64,000 nt of DNA, from NCBI RefSeq assembly GCF_902713615.1, contig NW_024055461.1, positions 1,721,877 through 1,785,876 on the forward strand, written 5' to 3'. A program made the translations under genes and the position numbers. Shown piece after piece: positions 1 to 13,080 of this stretch. The notes beneath the pieces were generated by a model. That model ran no database searches and was not told the DNA's origin. It worked only from the letters and a program-made list of their open reading frames with translations. The DNA comes from Scyliorhinus canicula. Lineage: Eukaryota. Numbering within the stretch: the first letter of the stretch is position 1; every line of letters starts with the position of its first letter.

Positions 1-59
1 TACAGGGAGTATAGTAGGGGGCTACGTACGCAGCCTTGCGGGGCTGCGTTATTGGGGAC

Positions 60-405
60 TATTGTGGAGGTGTTTTTTGGCGATATGTGGGTTCCAGTAA
101 TTTTGTGTAATATTCGGTACTATTCAATTGTCAGTAAGCCTCAAAAAGATATTGTTGTCGATCCATTACAACAATATTGTTGCCTTTATCTGATGATTTT
201 ATTATGATATTCAAATTTGATTTGAATTGTCTGATTGCCTGTCTTTCCGCTCGTGAGATTTTGTTTGTCCCTTATTTGTTTAATCTTACCAGTGTCTAAA
301 TTGATCATTTGGCTAAAGTTCAGTATTTTTGGGTCTATTTTCTTTTCGGGTGGAAGCCAATTCGATTGGGGTGTGAATGGTTCCTTGTTCAGTGTCTTCT
401 ACTCA
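60..405 (-). mobile_element. Penelope-like element (PLE) fragment, N-terminal part of the RT ORF, degraded
   Basis: Manual minus-strand translation gives PFTPQSNWLPP...NLT/ERQAIRQFKSNLNIIIKSSDKGNNIVVMDRQQYLFEAY*QLNSTEYY, matching the PLE pre-RT motif IIKPADKG..VVMDR..Y; contains a frameshift and a stop. Confidence 0.75.
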
Positions 406-414
406 AAGTCCTCT

Positions 415-1222
415 ATACCCACCCTGCCTATGTCACTCTCTGTTTTTTAAAGGACATAATTATACCCGCATTTACCACTGCCTCTGGCAGCTCATTCCAG
501 ATGCTCACCACCATCTGTGTGAAGAAATGTCCCCTCTGGTCTCTTTTATATCTCTCCCCTCTCACCTTAAGCCTATGCCCTCTAGTTCTAGACTCCTCTA
601 CCTTTGGGAAAAGATGTCGACTATTTACCTTATCGATGCTCCTCATTCTTTTATACCTTCCATAAGATCACCCAAAGCCTCCTACGCTCCAGGGAAAAAA
701 AGTTCCAGTCTATCCAGCCTCTCTTTATAACTCAGACCATCACGTCCTGGTAGCATCCACGTAAATCTCTTTTCACACTTTATAGTTTAACAATATCCTT
801 CCTATAATAGGGTGACCAGAACTGAACACAGTATTCCATGTGTGGTCTTACCAATTTCTTGTACAACTTCAACGAGACGTTCCAACTCCTGTATTCAATA
901 TTCTGACCAATGAAACCGAGCATGCTGAATGCCTTCTTCACCAACCTGCGGCTCCACCTTCAAGGAGCTATGAACCTGTACCCCTAGATCTCTTTGTTGT
1001 GTAACTCTCCTCAACTCCCTACCATTAACTGAGTAGGTCCTGCCCTGATTTGATCTACCAAAACGTGTCACCTCACATTTATCCAAATTAAACTCCATTT
1101 GCCATTCATCAGCCCACTGGCCCACTTGATCAAGATCAACATGCAATCTTATAAACCTTCTTCCCTATCCACTATTTAACCAATCTTGGTGTCATCTGCA
1201 AACTTACTAACCATGCCTCCTA
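415..1222 (-). mobile_element. CR1-clade LINE 3' fragment
   Basis: ORFs 428..646 (RTRGHRLKV...FFTQ.VV.IWNELP) and 895..1146 (WADEWQMEFNLDKC...RDLGV); SKFADD RT motif near 1190-1210. Confidence 0.92.
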
Positions 1223-1966
1223 CAAGAGAGTGGGAGCTTGCAGTCCTTTGTCTCTTTAAACATCTGTAGCAGCGAGAGAAGGCTGATGATTAACTGTTTG
1301 AACTTTACGAGCAGAGGAATCTGTGTGTTTTATTTGTTTATGTGGATGTTCGTGGAGTTATGTTATCGTTAAGGTTTATCTTTCTGAGGAATTAACCTTG
1401 TCTGGAGTTTTTATTACAGACATTCTTGGAACTTTACAACAGAAATACAAGGACACTGACATAATTAATTTGTTGTTTTGAAGTATTTGATATGTTTCAC
1501 TGCTTGTGTGTGAATGATATTCTTCTGAGTCTGTTTCACGTGATGTTGTTTTCTGTCAAAATTATAATCTTTGAGCAAACAGCTAACGAAACCTGGAGGC
1601 ATGATTCCAGGATAGTTGTGATCAACCTGTAGGAATTTTAATCTGGATACAAATTCACACACGTAAGAGCAAGATCATTTTAATTTAATAGGTATTATTG
1701 GAATTTGGGATATCTAAAATAAATATGGCCAATCCTGTGTTGGATTGATCTTGTGTTAATATCTTTTTTGAATCTGACAAGAATTTTTTTCCTGACACAA
1801 CTGAAAGAAGAAGAAAGACAGACAAAATTCTGAGATCGAAAGAAGTAAAAAGTGCAAAGTAGAGATTATTAAAGAAAAGGCGTCCCCTGATAATGCTTCT
1901 CGTTTGGTCGAAACAAAGAGAGGTGGTGACGTAATGACGTCCAGTTGAAAACTTTCACACATACAC

Positions 1967-2180
1967 AGAATCATAGAATTTACAGTGCAGAGGGAGGCTA
2001 TTGGGCCCATCGAGTCTGCACCAGCCCTTCGAAAGAGCACCCTACCCGAGCCCATACCTCCACCCGATCCTTGTAACACCACCTAACCTTTTGGACACTA
2101 AGGGGCAATTTATCATGGCCAATTCACCTAACCCACACATCTTTGGACTGTGAGGAAACTGAAGCACCCGAAGGAAAAGG
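1967..2180 (-). mobile_element. V-SINE (HE1-like) with CR1-type tail, 5' truncated
   Basis: Core ccaaagatgtg..gttaggtg..ttggccatg.taaattgccc and tail gactcgatgggcc...ctgcactgtaaattctatga on the minus strand. Confidence 0.85.
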
Positions 2181-2194
2181 TGGAGAGGCAGCAC

Positions 2195-2620
2195 AATCGA
2201 GGCAAAGATTTCCAGAATATGGAGCCAGGAAGCTGAAGGTACAGTTGCCAATGGAGTGATTACAAAATCAGGAATGTTCAACAGGCTGGAATTGGCAAAG
2301 TAGATAAATCCAGGGAAATGATGGGGTAGTGGAGCAAGTGTGCAGCATTGTAGGACTGAAGGGGATGGGGAGGAGAAAGGCCACACAGGGTTTAAAAATC
2401 AAGGATGACAATTTTTTAAAAGGTGTTTCTAGTCCTGAAGCCAATTTAGATCAGGGAAGACGGAAGGTGGGTCACAGTGACTTGCTGCAAGACAGGGGCA
2501 GCAATTGTGAATGATCTCCAGTTTGGGGAAGGTAGAATGTGGGAGATGTGCTGGAAAAAACAAGTTTAGGAGGTAGCAAAGGCATAAATTTGGATTTCAG
2601 TCACAGTCTTGGTGCATACG
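2195..2620 (-). mobile_element. L2-like LINE 3' fragment, old
   Basis: Resembles the reverse complement of the L2 3' region seen at 49240-49785. Confidence 0.5.
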
Positions 2621-3929
2621 TTGGGCAGGAAGCTCAAACCATCACTGTAGTGGTGTAGTCCTGAACATTAGTCATGATTGATTAAATCATCCTAAACTTG
2701 GTTTAGTCCTGGGTCTGGAGAAGAGCAGAGGCCAGAGGTGGGGTGAGAGTGGGTATTCCCATTACAGATAACAAAACAAAGGTAAGACTTGGAAGTATTT
2801 GCTGAATAACCAAACTTTATTATAATAAAACATAGAAACATTTTTAAAGTTTGTTTTTGTATATTTGTAACTATTGCACAATAACTATAATTTTTTGTGG
2901 TTTAATTCTTCAATATAATAAGAACTTTTCTCGGGGGTTCCTTCTTGGGAGTTCAAAAGGGTTTCAGGCCCCAACTTATTCTATTCCCATACTCCCCTGG
3001 TAACCTTTCCTTTGAGGAATATATGACCAATCATTCTCATATCTCCTTCCATCCCCATTTTTAAAGAAACTGTCCCAAGACCGGGAGCCTGAAGTATTCC
3101 AAGGGATCCCCAGAAACTCACCATTTCTCTATGAGGGACAGCAGCAAAGAACAGAAACAGGTCCAATGGTCGAAGCAGTCATGTTAGTGTTTACCGTCCA
3201 CATGAGCAATAGCCCGAATTGCATGTGTCTATCTTGCTTCCATATCCTTTAATCAACGATTTGTAAATGTTGGCACGGACTCCGTTTCATTCATTTACTC
3301 TGGTTGGGCATTCCACATTCTTCCATCATTTTATACAAGTCTTCCCTGTTCTTTTGCTACCCTGAGACATTTAGTACCTATCCCCTCGTAAGATATCAGG
3401 ATGTTCAAAGCTAGTTAGAAAATTAATCAACTTATGTCCCCGCTAAAGAAATTGAACACTGGAAAACTACCAATTTAACTCTACAATAAACACCTTAAAA
3501 AGGGGATGAGAAATCCAGTAAGAAGCGGGTAAAGAGAATCCCCATTACATCACATCTAGTTCACATCAACTGACCGGTTCCATAGTGGTTCTCTGGATTG
3601 TCCAAAATCACAGCCCAGTGTTTCCCAAGAAGCTGTTCTCGGTAATTAATGCTGTTTAATAAGCATTTCAGAAGATTCAGAGGGACATTGTTTGCTGCTT
3701 ATTAAAGTTGTGTTTGTTTAAAAAGTAGAATAGTATAGAGTTAAGTAGTAACATTTCTCCCAGACTCAAGTTGCGGTTGAAGACACAAAACTGATTTTTC
3801 ACAAAACTCATCTTTTGTTGGGCTCAACTTTACAATGTAGTTGAATAAAAGACTCGCAAAAAGCCAGTGACTACAAAGCAATTTTTTCAAAGGAGCAGAG
3901 AATTAACTCTTGCCTGTTAACAGCTGAAG

Positions 3930-4760
3930 ATGTGTTTCTATTTTTACAGGAATTGGGAATTACAAATTTTAAGTTTGAATTGTCAGATATGTTCCGATTA
4001 ATTAACCCATTTTGCCCCAAGCAGAATGGATCTTTTGTGTTTTATTTTACAGGTAACTGCAAGTGGAACAAGATTCGCAGTCGCTTCGGGAATTTGAGAA
4101 TTTATTTGACAGAATCATAGCATCACAGAATCACAACAGTGCAGACAGGGGCCATTTGCCTATCAGTCTGCACTGACCCTCTCTGTGAGCGCCCTGCCCA
4201 GGTGCACTCCCCGCTCTATCTCCATATACCCACCTAACCTACACATCCTTGGATCATGGCCAACACACCTACCCTGCACGTGTTTGGGCTGTGGGAGGAA
4301 ACCTACACAGGCACAGGGAGAAAGTGCAAGCTCCCCAAGGCTGGAGTGGAGCCCGAGACCCTCGCGCTGTGTTAAACACCGTGCCACCTCCTTTGTAAGA
4401 CTTTCAGTTTTGCAGGAATAGTCGGCCTGATTTAAAATCCAGTCAAAGGTTGGGTGGGCATTCAGTGAGAAGTTATAACAGACAGAATTGATGGAGAAGC
4501 GCGGGGTCACATTCGCCAGTCTCAGACAAATCCCAGCAACAGTGTCAGCATTAGGTTTGCCAGATTTTACTGGCCCCCTTCCACATACATGGCCACAATA
4601 ATGGGAATAGTTACATTGCTGCACTGAGCCAACAATATGGAGATTATAAGTGACCTGCCTGTAATCTGTTATTCCAACAGGCAATCAGCAGTTGCTGCTG
4701 GATATAGGAAATCCATTTAGAACACTCCATGGAGCAGATTCTGAACATGGGAAGATTGAA
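3930..4760 (+). mobile_element. Degraded class I (gamma/epsilon-like) ERV pol, RT and connection region; a SINE is inserted at 4110-4390
   Basis: FELSDMFRLINPF...FVFYFTGNCKWNKIRSRFGN resembles RT motifs A-B; FASLRQIPATVSALGLPDFTGP matches the ALGLPD motif; QYGDYK*P...SAVAAG matches RPVAY...DPVAAG. Confidence 0.65.
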
Positions 4761-5021
4761 AATGATCTCAGATGCTAGAAGGGCTCAAGGGGAGTGTCTG
4801 TTACTCAAATGGGCGGGTTGCAGTAGTTCAGGACGAGAGGAACAACCAAGTGGGATATATGAACATTGAGGCAGATTGGAGTTGAGGGAGTGAGTAGGGT
4901 TGGGGAAGAGCGATTAGAGGAAGCCATTGTGATGACGGGATACACGGAGTGAATGAAGAGCCGAGAACAGGATGGGCGATAGGTGAACAAGGCGGGATGA
5001 AATTGAACGTGAAATCTATTT

Positions 5022-8000
5022 TTTTTAAAAATAATTTTGATTCAAATTTTCCAAAAACAAATGTTATCCCAACAACGAAAAGAGAAAAACAATAACCGCC
5101 CCCCCCCATACAAAAACAATAAATTACCAACAAGAAAGAGTAATAAACATAGAGCCATGAGAACAAACCCCCGTAATGAACCCGTAGCCCCCCCCCCCCC
5201 CCCCCAACCAGGTTGCTGCTGAAGTTGACCACCCTCTAATGCTCCGCCAGGAAATCAAGAAAAGGCTGCCACCGCCGGAAGAACCCTTGCACCGACCCCC
5301 TCAGGGCAAACTGACCCTTTCCAGTTTAATGATCCCGGCCATGTTGTTGATCCAAGATTCCGGGCTTGGGGGCTTCGCATCCTTCCACTGCAAATGGATC
5401 CTACACCAGGCTACTAGGGATGCAAAGGCCAGAATACCGGCCTCTCTCGCCTCCTGCACTCCCGGCTCCGATGCTACCCCAAAAATAGCGAGACCCCAGC
5501 CCGGTCCCACCCTGGAGCCAACCACCTTAGATAAGGTCACCGCCACCCCCTTCCAGAAACCCTCCAATGCCGGACACGCCCAGAACATGTGCGTATGATT
5601 CGCTAGGCTCCCCGAACACCTGCCACACCTGTCCTCACCCCCAAAGAACCGGCTCAGCCTGGTCCCAGTCATATGCGCCCTATGCACCTTTAGCTGGATT
5701 AGACTAAGCTGTGCGTAAGAAGAGGAGGAATTCACCCTCCCCAGGGCGTCCGCCCACGTCCCCTCGTCAATCTCCTCCCCCAACTCCTCCTCCCATTTCG
5801 CTTTCAGCTCCTCCACCGAGGGCTCCTCTTACTCCTGCATCACCTGATAAATTGCAGAGATCCTACCCTTGCCGACCCACGTCCCCGAGAGCACCCTATC
5901 CCTTGGCGACAATAGCGGAAGCTCCGCTACCTGCCACCTAACAAACGCCCTAATCTGCATGTACCTAAAGGAATTCCCTGGGGGTAGACCCCACTTCCCC
6001 TCCAACTCCTCTAAGGTCGTAAACTTCCTGTCTCGGAAGAGGTCCCCCATCCGCCTGATACCTCCCCTGTGCCAACTCAAAAACCCTTCATCTATCCTCC
6101 CTGGTACAAACCGCTGGTTCCCCCGTATCGGGGACCAAACCGAGGCCTTCACTTCCCCCCTATGCCTCCTCCACTGCCCCCAGAATTTGAGGGTAGCCAC
6201 CACTACCGGACTCGAAGAGTACCTTGCAGGGGGGCAAGGTACCTTGCAGACGTTGATCCTTCCCCTCCCCCATCTCCAGGTCCTCCCAATGCGGAGCGTG
6301 GTCTGATATGGCTATCGCCGAATACTCTGCCCCTACCACCCTCGGAATCAGCGCCCTGCTGCAGACAAAAAAGTCGATCAGGGAGTATGCCTTATGGATA
6401 TGGGAGAAAAACGAGAACTCCCTACCTCCCGGCCTCATAAACCTCCAAGGGTCCACCCCTCCCATCTGGTCCATGAACCCCCTCAGCACTGTGGCCGCCG
6501 CCACCCTCTTACCGGTCCTGGACCTCTAACGATCCAGGGCTGGGTCCAGCACTGTATTAAAATCTCTTCCCAATATCAAGCCCCCCCCCCGTCTCCAGGT
6601 CTGGAATCCGGCTCAGCATGCACCGCATGAAGCCTGCATCGTCCCAATTTGGGATGTACACATTGACCAGCAACACCCGCTCCCCTTGGAGTCTACAGCT
6701 CACCATTACGTATCTGCCACAGGTATCCGCCACCACGCTCAACGCCACAAACGACAAGCTCTTTCCCACCAAAATCACCACCCCCCGGTTCCTCGCATCT
6801 AACCCTGAATGGAACGCTTGTCCAACCCACCCTCTTCTCAGCCTAACCTTGTCCGCCACCCTAAGAGATGCATTTCCTGGAGCTTAGCCATGTCCGTCCC
6901 TAGCCCCTTCAAGTGCGCAATCACCCATGCCCGCTTGACCGGCCTGTTCAGCCCCCTTACATTCCATGTGAAAAAAGCCCGCGCTTCCATCTGAAACCCC
7001 GCCCCCGGCCTAAACCACGGGAAAGAAAAGGGCGCGCGACCCAACGGGCCCACGATACAGCTCCCCAACCCTCCACCAGTGATACAGCTCCCCAACCATC
7101 CACCAGTGATACAGCTCCCCAACCATCCACCAGTGAAAAAGGCACCAAAATAAATAGTTGAAAAGCCCCAAAAAGAGAACAAACAAAAAAGGACCAACAA
7201 AGAAGTACAAGGGAGAATAGAGCTTCCGGACAGTATACATCAGTCCCCACCCCCCCCATCAGTCCTCAGTTTGAGTCCAGCTTCTCTGCCTGGACGAAGG
7301 ACCAGGCATCTTCCGGGGAGTCAAAATAGAGCTGGCGGTCTTTATAAGTGACCCAGAGGCGTGCCGGCTGTAGCTGGCCAAACTTCACCCCTCTCTCGTG
7401 CAGAACTGCCTTCGACCGGTTAAAACCAGTTCTTCCCTTCGCCACCTCTGCGTTCCAGTCCTGATAAATCCAAATCTCTCCGTTCTCCTGCCTGCTGCTC
7501 CTCTCCTTCTTCGCCCATCTCAGCACACACTCACGGTCGACGAAGTGGTGAAAGCAGACCAGCACCACCCTTGGCGGCTCTTACGGCCTGGGATTTCTCA
7601 CCAACCCTCGATGAGCACCTTCCAGCTCCAAGGGCCCTTGGAAGGACCCCGCACCCATTAGCGAGTTTAGCATCAAGGCCACATAGACCCCCAGGTCCGA
7701 TCCCTCCAGCCCCTCCGGGAGGCCCAGGATCCGCAAGTTCTTCCGCCGCGAGCAGTTCTCCATTTCCTCCATCCTCGCCTGCCATTTTTTGTGGAGCGCC
7801 TCATGCGATTCCACCTTCACTGCTAGGCCTAGGATTTCATCCTCATTCTCCGAGGCCTTTTGCCATAGCTCTCGGATCTCTGCACCCTGAGCCGTCTGAG
7901 TCGCTATGAGCTTATCCAGTGAGGCCTTAAGCGGTTCCAGCAGCTCAGCTTTCAGCTCCCTGAAGCAGCTCCTGCGCCCACTGCTGCCGGTTCCCTGCCC

Positions 8001-8234
8001 GCTGCCATCTTGATCTTCCTGCCTCGCACCTTTCTCTGCTCCAAAGCCGAGTTTTTGACCGCCCCACTCCTGGTCCAGTCCATCCACCGGCAGATAAACG
8101 CAGCAGATGTGTTCCCCCACCGGGAAAAGTCCAGCCAGCACCGCTCCGGGCCCTTAAAGGTGCCCAAAAGACCGAAAATAGCGGGAGCCACCGAACATGC
8201 GGCTTAGCTCCACGTCACCGCAACCGGAAATCTA
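5022..8234 (-). mobile_element. L1-clade LINE with both ends present but about 2 kb (RT) deleted internally
   Basis: 13-bp TSD GTGAAATCTATTT at 5009-5021 and 8235-8247; ORF1 (SRRKNLRILGLPEG); endonuclease (TWNVRGLN, ISDHAP) joined near 6240 directly to the post-RT C-terminus (RCGRCSG..HMFWACP). Confidence 0.93.
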
Positions 8235-8789
8235 GTGAAATCTATTTGATGAGTAACAAGAACAACGATGATGTAAAAAAAAAACATACAGTTTAGCTGC
8301 TGTCCATGGACATAAGGACAAAGCCTATTTTGAAGAAGAGATCCTACAACTTCAGACAAAGAAGGTCTGAACTGGACATTAATAAGAATCTGAAAGCCAA
8401 CAACACTGTTGTTCGAATTTGAAACACTTCTGTGATGTGAAAAGACAATGTAATTGAGCAAATTACCGTAAAACAAATGTGTAATTTAAGACAAATAACA
8501 ATCACAGTGTTACTGCTTGGAACCAAATGGAAATGTTGATTTCTGTTTTAAACATGAAGATATTGGACTGCAAGATAACTCCAGGGCTCATGGTTGTGAT
8601 AGGATTCAGTAATTGAGGATAGACGAATGAGACAGGAAATCAAAACAGGGAATGGGAATTGGAATATTGGGGGCAATTCAATGGAATATTTCAATCTGGC
8701 ATTAATATGAAGGGGAAAGTTTAGAGGAGGCTATTACATTGATACATTTTCTCTTGGTAATGCTTGTGTCCTTGTCTAGGCTTTTATTT

Positions 8790-9020
8790 AAGAGAACAAA
8801 AATGTGATACTCTGGCCACCACCCAAGGCATCTGGATCATACGTGGAGAGATCAGCAACAACTTTGAGATCTTTTGATAAGATCACAAAAGGTTCAAGAA
8901 TGTGTGGTATGACATTGGGGGCACTGCGTACGTGTGCAGATGAGTTACGTGTGAAGAAACTAATTGGCTGGCTTGCCATTCTGCATTGAAGAGCAGGCCC
9001 CATGCATGCACACTACTTGA
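8790..9020 (+). mobile_element. Probable degraded ERV integrase fragment
   Basis: PPKASGSYVERSATTL resembles HPQ.SG.VER.N.TL, followed by GRPM; lies between the pol and env remnants in the same orientation. Confidence 0.45.
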
Positions 9021-9809
9021 CAAACCGCATGGCCGGAAATGGTCAATGGGGCCAACAGAGTGAAACAACATCATTAAGTGATCAAGGCACTGACACATAT
9101 TCCACAGAGAAACTGACTTTAAAATAATTGGGATAGAATCAAACACAGTTACCTGTCGAAATGAGTGACAGGGCAAATTATTTGGATAAGAACAAGTAAG
9201 GGCCTGGTAGCAAGTAAACCCGATGAGGAATATCCAGAAGATGGATACAGACAATTTGGAGAGCTGGAGAATATTTTAAGTCCATGGATGATGTTATTTT
9301 GAATGATATTTGAGTGAGATGATTTGCAAATGGGGAGTGTCAGAGAGAAAGGGGTATCAATCCAATTATTCAGAGATCACATTCAAGTAACAATATGGAA
9401 TTATGGAACAAGCTGGAATTTAACACAAGTTATGAGAAGAAAAAATCAGATTCGAAAAGAAAAACAAAGTGAATTTTCTCCCTAAACAGATCATCCCACT
9501 GAAGGGCTAGAGAAAGAAGTGACCAAGAACAATATTGAGATACGGGCTGGAAGAGTAAGATCTCATCCTGTGACAACTGGGACCGTATTATACATTACTC
9601 ACAAGTTGAAATTACATTTATTTTAGTTTAGTTAACACATAATCTATATATGGCAACTCGATATGATTTTATAGTCAATTTTGGATTTAAAAACTCATCC
9701 CATGACCCTGTCTTAGCATCACGCTCAAAATTGACACGGAAAAAAGAACATATGGCCTTAAGACAGTGATGTGAGACATCAAGGGTGAACAATTACTGAT
9801 ACAAACTAT

Positions 9810-10379
9810 CAGTCCAAAGAAGTAAACGTGCCATTACTGCACATGACAAGTTTTTCGCTTTGTTTTTTTAATGGTGATGCAAAGACAGCCAAAGAGTTAA
9901 TAAACTGGCTGTCATCATAGAAAAGGTAGCGAATGACACCTCGACAGCCCTGTTCAGGATTTCCTCTGAAATGCGAGCTATCCGTACTGTGGCCTTGCAA
10001 ATTCGAATAGCTCTTGGTTATATTCTCGCCAAGAAAGGTGGACATGTGCCCTGATCGGATCGGAATGTTGTACTTACATTCCAGATCGCTCCAAAGAGAT
10101 CACTAATTTGGCAAAACAAATTAAAAGTGAGGTTGAAAATCTCAAACAACCCGAACCCTGCACTCTTGGAGTTGGGATGTGGAGTAGTTGGGATCTTTAG
10201 GGGTTTCAGTGGTACAAGGCCTGGTTATGTTCTTTGTAGCTATTTTTGTGATACATCTTGTATTTGTGATAATCAAATGTATCTGTAAAAGATTGTCACA
10301 AACATCAAAAAGCGCTGAAACAGTCAGATATGAAGGGCGCTTACTATTACTTTCTCATCAAAGACTGCAAATGTGTTGA
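9810..10379 (+). pseudogene. ERV env TM remnant, gamma-type
   Basis: Furin site RSKR|AIT; immunosuppressive-domain-like ALQIRIALGYILAKKGG; CX6CC motif CALIGSECC; TM helix GLVMFFVAIFVIHLVFVIIKC; frameshifted. Confidence 0.9.
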
Positions 10380-10454
10380 TTTTTATGGCATTTGTCTCTT
10401 TGCTTTACTTTGTACTCTTGTGATTGATTTATTCTATTTTTATTTTGAATAATC

Positions 10455-11548
10455 AAAAGGGGGGAAATGATAGATTTATTGAATCACATTTATTTAGTTG
10501 GTACCTTGATGAATTGATACAGTATCATTTTAAATTCAGTACTGAGACATAAAATGGAATGTTCAAAAAGCCAATGACATAATAATAATAATGTTTATTA
10601 TTGTCACAAGTAAGCTTACATTAACACTGCAATGAGGTTACTGTGAAAATCCCGAGTCGTCACAGTCCGGCTCCTGTTTGGGTACACAGAGCGAGAATTC
10701 AAAGTGTCCAATTCACCTAACAAGCCCGCCTTTTGGGACTTGTGGGAGGAAACCGCAGCACCCGGAAGAAACCCACGCAGACACAGGGAGATCATGCAGA
10801 CTAAGCACAGTCAATGACCCAAGCCGGGAATTGGATCCGGGTTACTGGTGCTGTGAAGCAATAGTGCTAACCACTGTGCTACCGTGCTGCTCTGAAACAT
10901 GGTTTCAGATAAAAAAATGAGAATTACTGTACAAAGCTCACATTCTTTCAAGAAAAATTGCATAAAAGCCTTAGTAATGTAGAGACCATTGTTCCACAAT
11001 ACATTTAGTAATAAGAAAGCATTGTAGTCTTAGCAACAGAAAACAAATGTACATGAGTCTTAGAAACAAGCAAGGTTAATGCAGAACACCTTATCTTTGT
11101 AGAATTGGTTCACATGGCATGCGGATGTAGACATTTAATTAATTTGATAGATCTTAATGAATCTTAAGTAATGACCAATGCCTGGATAACAAATCATGTT
11201 CTGTGACAGACAGTTTGAATAAATCAGAGAGCCTCAGCTGAGAATTAGAACCAATGAGAGTAAATAAGGGGTTAGACCATTGCTAAGAATTTCTTTAAGA
11301 ATAAGGAGTCATGATTAATTTTTTTGTTCTGAATCTATGCTCTTAAGAAATTCTGAACCATCTATTGATTTTTGATGTTTCCGTTTAACACTCTTCATTA
11401 TGTTTTGATTTATTATTTGACCTGAATTTTGATTTATTTTTATGTAAGAGAATCAAGGTGAATAATTTGCAATAAAGTTGTATTTTTTTGGAAACCTCCA
11501 ATCAACCGGACCTGTGATTCTTATTTTGAAGATAAATAGATTTTAACA
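10455..11548 (+). mobile_element. Polypurine tract and probable 3' LTR of the ERV; SINE inserted at 10581-10890
   Basis: AAAAGGGGGGAAA followed by TG at 10468; AATAAA at 11471; ends ...TTAACA near 11548. The right boundary is inferred. Confidence 0.65.
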
Positions 11549-12000
11549 TGGCAAGTTCGATCGAAGTATTCAAAGAAAATTAGATTTCTATCTGAAAAGA
11601 AAGAATGTGCAAGGTTACGGGGATAAGGCACTGGAGTGGGGCTAGGTAGAATGTTCTTTCAAAGAGTCAGCACAGACTCGATGGGCCGAATGGGCTCTTC
11701 CTGAACTGTAACGATTCTGTAGTTCTGACAGCACAGGCCCTCCATCATCAGCATTGGAATTGAAATTCCGATCATTACATCAACACCAGAACCACAATGG
11801 AATATCAGAAAACTGGGAAATCCTCCGATAGACACCAACATCAGGTGGATTTCACCAACCGCCCAATGCCTTCAACAGATTAATAGGATTGATGAAAGCT
11901 TGGAGTTTAATCTGGGAGAAGGTGAACCAGGGAAAAACAGAAATAACCCACAGTCCCGGTTCGGAACAGGGCAGAAACGTTTAAAAATGCTAATCATTTA

Positions 12001-12213
12001 GGGCAGCACGGTGGTGCAATGGTTAGCACTCCTGCCTCACGGCGCCGAGGTCCCAGGTTCTATCCCCGTTCTGGGTCACTGTTCGTGTGGAGTTTTCACA
12101 TTCTCCCCGTGTTTGCGTGTTCCCTAAAGATGTGCAGGGTAGGTGGATTAGCCACGCTAAATTGCCCCTTAATTGGAAAACAAAAATGAATTGGATACTC
12201 TAAATTTATTTTA
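12001..12213 (+). mobile_element. V-SINE, A-tailed subfamily
   Basis: gggcagcacggtgg head with Pol III A/B-like boxes, V core, tail ttaattggaaaa..ttggatactctaaattt then an A run. Confidence 0.9.
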
Positions 12214-12484
12214 AAAAACAGAAATAACCCAGAGTAAGAAAAGGCCCCAAAAATGTCCCAGTCAGTAACAGGAGATCAATCGGTTTCCTCTTGTCACTGG
12301 AGAAATAATATATTCAAAACAGTGCCTGAATCAAAGCTGATTTAATCAATGTTTATACAAAACATCAATGCACACCCCAGCTTTCAGGCTTATTAATATC
12401 AGCAACAACAAACTCCAGCTGTCAGAGTGAAGATGGTTCAGTCTGGATGTGATTAACAGCAAAATCCAAATCCAATCCCTGCAG

Positions 12485-13080
12485 TCACTTGTGACCTTGC
12501 AGGTGCCTCAGCAGTGTGGATGAACGATGAATCTCTTTCCACACATGGCGCAGGAGAATGGCCTCTCCCCAGTGTGAACACGCTAGTGATTAAATGGGTT
12601 GGACACCCAAGTGAAACCTTTCCCACAGAAAGAGCATATGAAAGGTCTCTCCCTGGTGTGAGTGTGTTCATGTGTCAGTAGATCCTTCTGGCTTTCAAAG
12701 CACTTCTCGCAGTCAGGACATTTAAACGGCCTCTGATCAGTATGAACAAGTTGGTGTGTCAGCATTTTGAATGAACGGGTGTATCCTTTCCCACACATGG
12801 AGCAGGTGAACGGCCTCTCCCCGGTGCGAGTGAGTTTATGGTTCAACAGATCACGTCTCTTGTAGTTTTTTTCATAGTCAGAACATTGAAAAGATCTCTC
12901 CTCACTGTGAATACGATGGTGTGACAGGAGGTGGGATGAGGTTGTGAAGCCTTTCCCACACACCGAAAAGGTGAATGGTCTCTCGCAGGTGAGACTGCAG
13001 TGATGAACATGCAGTTCTGACGGGTAATTGAATCCCTTCCCACAGCCTCCACATTGGCACGGTTTCTCCCCGATGGGACA
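12485..13080 (-). pseudogene. C2H2 zinc-finger pseudogene (about 7 eroded fingers)
   Basis: ORF 12583..12963 has TGERPF linkers but C/H substitutions (CSDY, HKLTR) and frameshifts on both sides. Confidence 0.88.

Noticed and set aside
1880-1945. Hammerhead-like CTGATAA...CGAAAC
   Set aside because: Core mismatch and no convincing stems II and III.
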